Origin: Deltaproteobacteria bacterium
GTDB lineage: Bacteria > Bacillota > Desulfotomaculia > Desulfotomaculales > JAGUVT01
Length of the DNA stretch: 64,000 nucleotides
Reading direction: 5' to 3'
Assembly (NCBI GenBank): GCA_020062745.1
Contig: JAGUVT010000051.1
Coordinates: forward strand, 21,901 to 85,900
The translations under genes were made by a program, and so were the position numbers. Below are positions 58,332-64,000 of the stretch, piece after piece; within the stretch, counting starts at the first letter, position 1; every line of letters starts with the position of its first letter. Under the pieces are notes generated by a model, which did not search any database, was not told the DNA's origin, and was given only the letters and a program-made list of their open reading frames with translations.

Positions 58332-59198
58332 ATGATTATAGCCGTGGCAAGCGGAAAAGGAGGGACAGGCAAGACTACCGTAGCCGCCGGTCTGGCCATT
58401 TCAATGTCTGCTGAAAGAAAAATCCAGTTTTTGGACTGTGACGTGGAAGAGCCCGACGCGCATCTTTTCCTGCGGCCATCCCTTCTTGAAAAGGAACCTG
58501 TTTTTGTGCCTGAGCCGGTTGTAGATCAGTCTCTATGTGATTATTGCGGGCGGTGTATGGAAGTGTGCGCTTATAATGCGATTGCCGTCTTTGAGCGGAA
58601 CGTGCTGGTTTTTCCCCAGCTTTGCCACGGCTGCGGCGGTTGTTCTTATTTTTGCCCGTGCCGAGCCATCGCGGAAAAGGGTAGAATTATCGGCGTGCTT
58701 GAAGCCGGCCGGAGCGGCAACATGGATTTTGTACACGCCGTTTTGAATATCGGTGAGGCTCAGCCGGTTCCCCTGGTAAAGGCGGTAAAAAAGCGTTTAA
58801 ACCCGGAGTGCCTCGTTATTGTTGACGCTTCTCCGGGAACGTCCTGCCCGGTTGTGGAAGCTGTCCGGGGCTCCGGTTTTTGTCTCCTGGTTACGGAGCC
58901 CACACCCTTCGGCCTGCATGACCTTGCTATGGCGGTAGAAATGACTGAAGCGCTGAAGATTCCTCGTGGAGTTGTTATCAACAGATCCGATTTGAAGTAT
59001 GATGACATTATAGAAAATTTTTGTCTGTCCCGGGGCATTCCCTTGCTCTTAAAAATTCCTTTCAGCCGTGAAGTGGCGGGTTTTTATGCCCGTGGCGTTA
59101 ATATGGCCGAGGGAATTCCGGAGTGGCGGGAAACTTTCCGGGAACTCTATCAAAAGGTGATGGTTTTTAGTGAAACAGTTGCTCGTTATAAGCGGTAA
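58332..59198 (+). CDS. MinD/ParA-type P-loop ATPase with inserted 2x[4Fe-4S] ferredoxin domain
   Basis: ASGKGGTGKTT, then CDYCGRCMEVC and CHGCGGCSYFCP. Confidence 0.8.
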   Translation: MIIAVASGKGGTGKTTVAAGLAISMSAERKIQFLDCDVEEPDAHLFLRPSLLEKEPVFVPEPVVDQSLCDYCGRCMEVCAYNAIAVFERNVLVFPQLCHGCGGCSYFCPCRAIAEKGRIIGVLEAGRSGNMDFVHAVLNIGEAQPVPLVKAVKKRLNPECLVIVDASPGTSCPVVEAVRGSGFCLLVTEPTPFGLHDLAMAVEMTEALKIPRGVVINRSDLKYDDIIENFCLSRGIPLLLKIPFSREVAGFYARGVNMAEGIPEWRETFRELYQKVMVFSETVARYKR

Positions 59199-60027
59199 GG
59201 GTGGGACAGGCAAAACTACAATCGTCGGTTCGTTTGCCGTGCTGGCGAAAAAGAAGGTGCTGGCCGACTGCGACGTAGACGCGCCCAACCTGCACCTTCT
59301 TTTGAAACCGGAAGTAAAAACGAGCGGAGATTTTTACGGCGGTAAAAAAGCGCTTATTGATGCGGAAGAATGCCGGCAATGCGGCAAATGCATAGAATTA
59401 TGCCGCTTTGAGGCAATCAGTGGTGATTTCCAGGTGAACCCCCTCCTTTGCGAGGGGTGCGGGGTGTGTTTTCATGCCTGCCCGTATGAGGCAGTGAGTT
59501 TAATCGACGATTTATCCGGTAATTGGTGCATTTCCGAAACGGTATACGGGCCTTTTGTCCATGCCCGGCTGGGAGTGGCGGCGGAAAATTCCGGCAAGCT
59601 GGTGGCGAAGGTACGGGAGAAGGCAGGCGAACTAGCCGAAGAAAAGGGTAAGGACCTGATCATAATCGACGGTCCGCCGGGAATAGGCTGCCCCGTGGTA
59701 GCTTCATTGAGCGGTGTCGATCTGGCCCTGGTAGTTACCGAGCCGACGGTTGCGGGAATCCATGATCTGACGAGGATTCTCGGTGTGGCCGATTATTTCG
59801 GCGTGCGGAAAGCCGTTTGCATTAACAAATATGACCTGGATCAGGAAAAGAGCAAAGAGATAGAAGGTTATTGTGCCGAAAATGGGGTTGCAGTTGCAGG
59901 TAAAATATATTATGACCCGGCGGTAGGCAAGTCGCTGGCGGCAGCTACTCCTCTGATAAATTATGCCGGCAACAAAATGGCGCGACAGATAATAAAGCTC
60001 TGGCAGTCGGTGGAAGAGTTGCTATGA
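59170..60027 (+). CDS. MinD/ParA-type P-loop ATPase with inserted 2x[4Fe-4S] ferredoxin domain (paralog)
   Basis: ISGKGGTGKTT, then CRQCGKCIELC and CEGCGVCFHACP. Overlaps the upstream gene by 29 nt. Confidence 0.8.
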   Translation: MKQLLVISGKGGTGKTTIVGSFAVLAKKKVLADCDVDAPNLHLLLKPEVKTSGDFYGGKKALIDAEECRQCGKCIELCRFEAISGDFQVNPLLCEGCGVCFHACPYEAVSLIDDLSGNWCISETVYGPFVHARLGVAAENSGKLVAKVREKAGELAEEKGKDLIIIDGPPGIGCPVVASLSGVDLALVVTEPTVAGIHDLTRILGVADYFGVRKAVCINKYDLDQEKSKEIEGYCAENGVAVAGKIYYDPAVGKSLAAATPLINYAGNKMARQIIKLWQSVEELL

Positions 60028-60102
60028 ATGAGTGGCGGCCGCTTAAGCAAAGCAGGAAAACGGCTGCTGGTGCGGGGCTGGAGGTGCGTATTGCAGCCAG
60101 AC

Positions 60103-61422
60103 TTAACTGCCGGAGCCCAATAGTCCGTACCGTTTCATTTTTCGCCATAAGGTGGTTTTATTGATGCCGAGTTCGCGGGCCGAAGCTTTTTTATGCCAGT
60201 TGTTACGCATCAGCGAGTCGTAGATGGCCCGGGCTTCTACTTCAGCCAGAGTAACTCCTGTGGAAGGGGCCTGAATGGGTGAACTGTTATACAGGTAATC
60301 GGGCAGATGTTCGGGCGCGATTAACCCGCCCTTGCACATTATGAAAGCGTGTTCGATGATGTTTTCCAGTTCGCGGATGTTTCCCGCGTAATTATGGTGG
60401 GTCAGGATGGATTGCGCCTCTTTCGTAATGCCGATAATGGATTTTCCATGCATGATGTTGAACCGGTTGATAAAATGTTCCGTTAAAAGGGGGATGTCTT
60501 CACGGCGCTGGGATAAAGGCGGCAGGCTGATTTTAATTACATTGAGACGGTAATACAGGTCTTCCCGGAACAAACCTTCTTCAGTCAGCCGGGCCAGGTT
60601 TCTATTGGTTGCTGCCACGATACGCACGTTTGCCTTTTTCACCCTGGTGGCTCCGAGAGGCTCGTATTCTTTTTCCTGCAGGACGCGGAGCATTTTGGCC
60701 TGCAGTTTGGGTGAAAAGTCCCCGATTTCGTCCAGAAAGAGGGTGCCTTTTTCGGCCCGGGCAAAACGTCCCGGCTTGCTTTTGTGAGCGCCGGTAAAGG
60801 CTCCCGTTTCATAGCCGAACAGCTCCGACTCCAAAAGGGTATCGGGGATGGCGGCGCAGTTGACTGTTACCAGCGGCTTTGCCTGGCGGGAACTCAAATT
60901 ATGAATGGCCCGGGCCAGCAGTTCCTTGCCGGAACCGGTAGGACCTTCAATTAAGACAGTGCTTTCGCTCTTGGCGATGTCCGGCAGGATCTTGAAAACC
61001 TGGTGGAGCTGGTAGTTTTTGCTGATCATGTCAGCAAAAGTATACTGGCGGTAAAGTGTTTTTCGCAGTTCTTCTACCAGGGTCAGGTCACGAAAAGTTT
61101 CCGCCCCGCCGACTACTTGATTTTGCTCGTTTTTGAGAGCGGCCGTGCTGATACTGATGTGTACCTTCTTGCCAGCCGCGTTCACAATATAAATAGGTTT
61201 GTTTACTGTAGTACAATTTTTTTCAATGGCGGTTTTCAGGGCGCATTCTGTTTCGCAAATGCTGGCCCGGAAAACTTCCCGGCAGAAGCTGCCCAGGGCC
61301 TTTTCCCGCGCCACGCCGGTGATATTTTCGGCGGCCCGGTTGAAGTAAGTAATGCGCCAGTTGCGGTCGACGGTAAAAACCCCATCGGCAATACTGTCCA
61401 GGATGATGTTCTTGATACTCAT
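60103..61422 (-). CDS. PAS - sigma-54-interacting AAA+ - HTH transcriptional activator (EBP 1)
   Basis: GPTGSGKELLARAIH, ESELFGYETGAFTGA (GAFTGA), a C-terminal Fis-type HTH (LGINKTTLWRKMKRY) and a PAS-like N-terminus with 4 Cys. Confidence 0.9.
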   Translation of the reverse strand: MSIKNIILDSIADGVFTVDRNWRITYFNRAAENITGVAREKALGSFCREVFRASICETECALKTAIEKNCTTVNKPIYIVNAAGKKVHISISTAALKNEQNQVVGGAETFRDLTLVEELRKTLYRQYTFADMISKNYQLHQVFKILPDIAKSESTVLIEGPTGSGKELLARAIHNLSSRQAKPLVTVNCAAIPDTLLESELFGYETGAFTGAHKSKPGRFARAEKGTLFLDEIGDFSPKLQAKMLRVLQEKEYEPLGATRVKKANVRIVAATNRNLARLTEEGLFREDLYYRLNVIKISLPPLSQRREDIPLLTEHFINRFNIMHGKSIIGITKEAQSILTHHNYAGNIRELENIIEHAFIMCKGGLIAPEHLPDYLYNSSPIQAPSTGVTLAEVEARAIYDSLMRNNWHKKASARELGINKTTLWRKMKRYGLLGSGS

Positions 61423-61691
61423 GAATGATCAGCAACCTTTGGAATGATATTTCAATCTTTGCTAGGTGATAAAAATGCAAAATATATACCAAAGGGTGCA
61501 ATCTGCATTTTGTGGCATATTCACTCTTTTAGGAAATCATTTTTTAAGGAGAGTGGTGTTGCCTTCAGGGCAGTGCCGGCCTGCTGGGCGGGAGAGTCGT
61601 CGTCTTTTTCCAGCCTTCCCGGCGGAATATTGTGGCAGTGTTGCTGGAAAGCATAAACGCAAGGATGTTTTGGTGCATTTTGCAACCCGCT

Positions 61692-63041
61692 CTAGGTGGC
61701 GGGTTCATTTATGTTGTAACGTTTCATCTTTCTCCATAAAGTGGTTTTATTTATGCCCAGTTCTTGTGCCGTAGCCAGCCGGCGCCAGTTGTTCCGTGCC
61801 AGCGCGTCATAAATAGCGCTGGCTTCTATTTCAGTCAGGGCGGTTCCGGCCGGGGGCGCCTTTTGAGATGAGCCGGGCTGCAGACAGGAAGCAGGGAGGT
61901 GCTCGGTAGCAATCAGGCTGTTTTTACACATGATGAAGGCGTGTTCAATAATGTTTTCCAGTTCTCGAATATTGCCCGGGAAGTCATGTTGGAGTATGAG
62001 CGAATAAGCTTCTTTTGTAAGCCCGATAATGGATTTTCCCTGCAGGTTGTTGAAACGGTTGATAAAGTGTTCGATTAAAAGGGGGATGTCTTCACGGCGC
62101 TGGGATAAAGGCGGCAGGCTGATTTTAATTACATTGAGGCGGTAGTACAAATCTTTCCGGAAGGAGCCTTCTTCAATCATCCGGGCCAGGTTTTTATTGG
62201 TTGCCGCGATGATGCGCACGTCCGCCTTTTCCACCTTGGTGGCGCCAAGGGGTTCGTATTCTTTCTCCTGCAAAACGCGGAGAAGTTTAACCTGCAGAGC
62301 GGGTGAGACATCACCGATTTCGTCCAGAAAGAGGGTGCCTTTTTCCGCTCGGGCAAAACGTCCCGGTTTGCTTTTGCGGGCGCCGGTGAAGGCGCCCGCT
62401 TCGTAACCGAACAGTTCCGATTCCAGAAGGGTGTCGGGGAAGGCGGCGCAGTTAACTGTCACCAGGGGCTTTGTCTTACGGGAACTCAAATTGTGAATGG
62501 CCCGGGCCAGCAGTTCCTTGCCGGAACCGGTAGGACCTTCAATCAAGACGGTGCTTTCGCTGTTGGCGATGTCCGGCAGAATTTCGAAAATATGATGTAA
62601 CTGGTGATTTTTGCTGATAATATCGGCAAAGGTGTGCTGCTGGTAAATAACTTTGCGCAGTTCCTCCACCAGGGTCAGGTCACGGAAAGTTTCCGCCCCG
62701 CCGATTATCTGATCCTGCTCGTTTTTGAGGATGGCAGTGCTGATGCTGATGGGGATCTTTTTGCCGGAGGCATTTACGATATAAACGGCTTTGTTGACTA
62801 TGGGGCATTGCGTTTCAATGGTGGTGTTCAGGGCGCATTCCGTTTCGCAAATGTTGGCCTGAAAAACTTCCCGGCAGAGTCTGCCCAGGGCTTTTTCCCG
62901 CGCCACACCGGTGATGTTTTCGGCGGCCCGGTTGAAGTAAGTAATACGCCAGTTGCGGTCGACGGTAAAAACCCCGTCCGCGATGCTGTCCAGGATGATA
63001 TTTTTAGCAGGCATAATTATCGGCATTCCTTCTTTGTTCAC
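61692..63041 (-). CDS. PAS - sigma-54-interacting AAA+ - HTH transcriptional activator (EBP 2, paralog)
   Basis: Roughly 80% amino-acid identity to EBP 1 by eye, with the same motifs. The start is uncertain (63041 GTG or 63014 ATG, the latter aligning with the EBP 1 start). Confidence 0.9.
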   Translation of the reverse strand: MNKEGMPIIMPAKNIILDSIADGVFTVDRNWRITYFNRAAENITGVAREKALGRLCREVFQANICETECALNTTIETQCPIVNKAVYIVNASGKKIPISISTAILKNEQDQIIGGAETFRDLTLVEELRKVIYQQHTFADIISKNHQLHHIFEILPDIANSESTVLIEGPTGSGKELLARAIHNLSSRKTKPLVTVNCAAFPDTLLESELFGYEAGAFTGARKSKPGRFARAEKGTLFLDEIGDVSPALQVKLLRVLQEKEYEPLGATKVEKADVRIIAATNKNLARMIEEGSFRKDLYYRLNVIKISLPPLSQRREDIPLLIEHFINRFNNLQGKSIIGLTKEAYSLILQHDFPGNIRELENIIEHAFIMCKNSLIATEHLPASCLQPGSSQKAPPAGTALTEIEASAIYDALARNNWRRLATAQELGINKTTLWRKMKRYNINEPAT

Positions 63042-63070
63042 CTTTCACCGGCAATTATAACTGCTATGGC

Positions 63071-63103
63071 GGCAAAATGCAACCGTCGGAAGTGCATTTT
63101 GCA
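63071..63103. promoter_or_regulatory. Candidate EBP upstream activating sequence (paired TGCA-N3-TGCA palindromes)
   Basis: GGCAAAATGCA (63071-63081) and TGCATTTTGCA (63093-63103) in inverted orientation, 56 to 88 bp upstream of the -24/-12 promoter. The same motif occurs at 61497-61507 and 61674-61684. Confidence 0.45.
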
Positions 63104-63158
63104 CCCTTTAATTTTATTAATTTGCGGCCTGCCTGGCTTGAATGAGTGTTTCTTTGCC

Positions 63159-63174
63159 TGGTACGGGATTTGCA
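63159..63174 (+). promoter_or_regulatory. Sigma-54 (-24/-12) promoter
   Basis: TGGTAC-GGGAT-TTGCA, against the consensus TGGCAC-N5-TTGCW. It lies 48 nt upstream of the ATG at 63222 and divergent from a sigma-54 EBP gene. Confidence 0.7.
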
Positions 63175-63221
63175 CTTTCTCCTCTTAACTCGAAAATTAA
63201 ATTTGATTTGGAGGAGGAGCA

Positions 63222-64000
63222 ATGGAAGTAATTCACGCTAGCAGGCTGGATAGCACTTTTCGCAGTGAAGTAGCGGCAAAGTTTAGAACGGAGAAGGACC
63301 CGGAGGACTTTTTAAACTGTCTTGTCTGTGGAATGTGTGTCGCTGGCTGTCCTTATTATGATCTTCATGAACATGCGGACCCGCGCCGGTTTATTCGCAA
63401 GGTGGCTTTAGGTATGCGGGAAGATGTCTTAATGGATACGTTTATCTGGGCGTGTACCATGTGCGGCCGGTGCACCATGAACTGTCCGATGAATGTGGAC
63501 ATAGCCGGCGTGGTAAGGACAATCAGAGGAAATTTCGGTCTCAGGGCGCCGGGCTTTTTGCAGGATGTGGTGGAAAGTCAGATTAAGACGGGCAACCAGA
63601 TGGATATTACCACGGAGGAGTATCTGGAAACCCTGGAGTGGATGGAAGAAGAGCTGCAGGCGGAGGTAGGGGATCCGGAGGCAAAAATACCGGTTGATAA
63701 AGAGGGCGCCGACTTCTTGTTTTTGTGGGACCCGCGGGAAATAAAGTATTACCCGCAGGACGTGCAGAATATCGCCAAGATATTCTGGGCGGCCGGGGCG
63801 AACTGGACTTGTAGCAGCAGGTGGTGGGATTGTACTCATTATGCTCTGTTCAATGGTAATGACGAAGAGTCTCAGGTTTTGATTAAACGTTATGCGGAAG
63901 AGTACAAGCGCCTGAAAGTAAAGGAACTGGTTGTCACTGAATGCGGCCACGCTACTCGGGCGCAGCGCTGGGGACGGAAAGTATGGCTAAATGGGGCGGA
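63222..64000 (+). CDS. HdrD/DsrK-like Fe-S (CCG-domain family) protein, 3' end beyond window
   Basis: My own translation from the ATG, with GGAGGAGGAG upstream, gives MEVIHASRLDSTF...CLVCGMCVAGCP...CTMCGRCTMNCP (two 4Fe-4S motifs), then ...VVTECGHA. There is no stop codon before the window end. Confidence 0.7.
   Translation, partial: MEVIHASRLDSTFRSEVAAKFRTEKDPEDFLNCLVCGMCVAGCPYYDLHEHADPRRFIRKVALGMREDVLMDTFIWACTMCGRCTMNCPMNVDIAGVVRTIRGNFGLRAPGFLQDVVESQIKTGNQMDITTEEYLETLEWMEEELQAEVGDPEAKIPVDKEGADFLFLWDPREIKYYPQDVQNIAKIFWAAGANWTCSSRWWDCTHYALFNGNDEESQVLIKRYAEEYKRLKVKELVVTECGHATRAQRWGRKVWLNGA

Noticed and set aside
61621-61650. TGGCAGTGTTGCTGG as a possible sigma-54 promoter
   Set aside because: The GG-to-GC spacing is 3 nt too short for a -24/-12 element, and it would fire antisense into the EBP 2 gene.

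Overview
Working from the sequence and ORF track alone, this looks like a core chromosomal region of a spore-forming, anaerobic Firmicute (class Clostridia). My guess is the Peptococcaceae / Desulfotomaculum-Pelotomaculum type, with roughly 50% GC by eye. Gene order follows three classic Bacillus/Clostridium synteny blocks. Block 1 is spoIIM-xerD-deoB-pdp-dacF-spoIIAA-spoIIAB-sigF-(insert)-spoVAC/AD/AE-(insert)-lysA. Block 2 is rarA-dprA-topA-xerC-hslV-hslU-codY. Block 3 is rpsB-tsf-pyrH-frr-uppS-cdsA-ytvI-dxr-rseP-ispG-proS. I recognised no rRNA, tRNA, CRISPR array, IS element or prophage.

The non-routine content is:
1. An eight-gene operon (55.5-60.0 kb) encoding a DUF134 regulator, an Mrp protein, a DUF5320 protein, a zinc-ribbon protein, two NifX-like proteins and two MinD-ferredoxin ATPases. 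It resembles the poorly understood 'orange protein' (orp) complex of Desulfovibrio. It lies next to two tandem paralogous PAS/sigma-54 activators and a clear -24/-12 promoter in front of an HdrD-like gene.
2. A three-gene 2-hydroxyacyl-CoA-dehydratase/benzoyl-CoA-reductase-type module (two DUF2229-like subunits plus an ATPase activase) directly abutting spoVAE.
3. A ~200-bp divergent regulatory region present twice, each copy carrying an ECF-type GGAAC-N17-CGTCTA promoter.
4. A tandem pair of PAC2 (proteasome-assembly-chaperone-like) genes.
5. Single-T deletions in homopolymer runs that break both spoVAD and the normally essential topA. These are probably assembly errors.

All family assignments come from motif recognition by eye and need HMM/BLAST confirmation.
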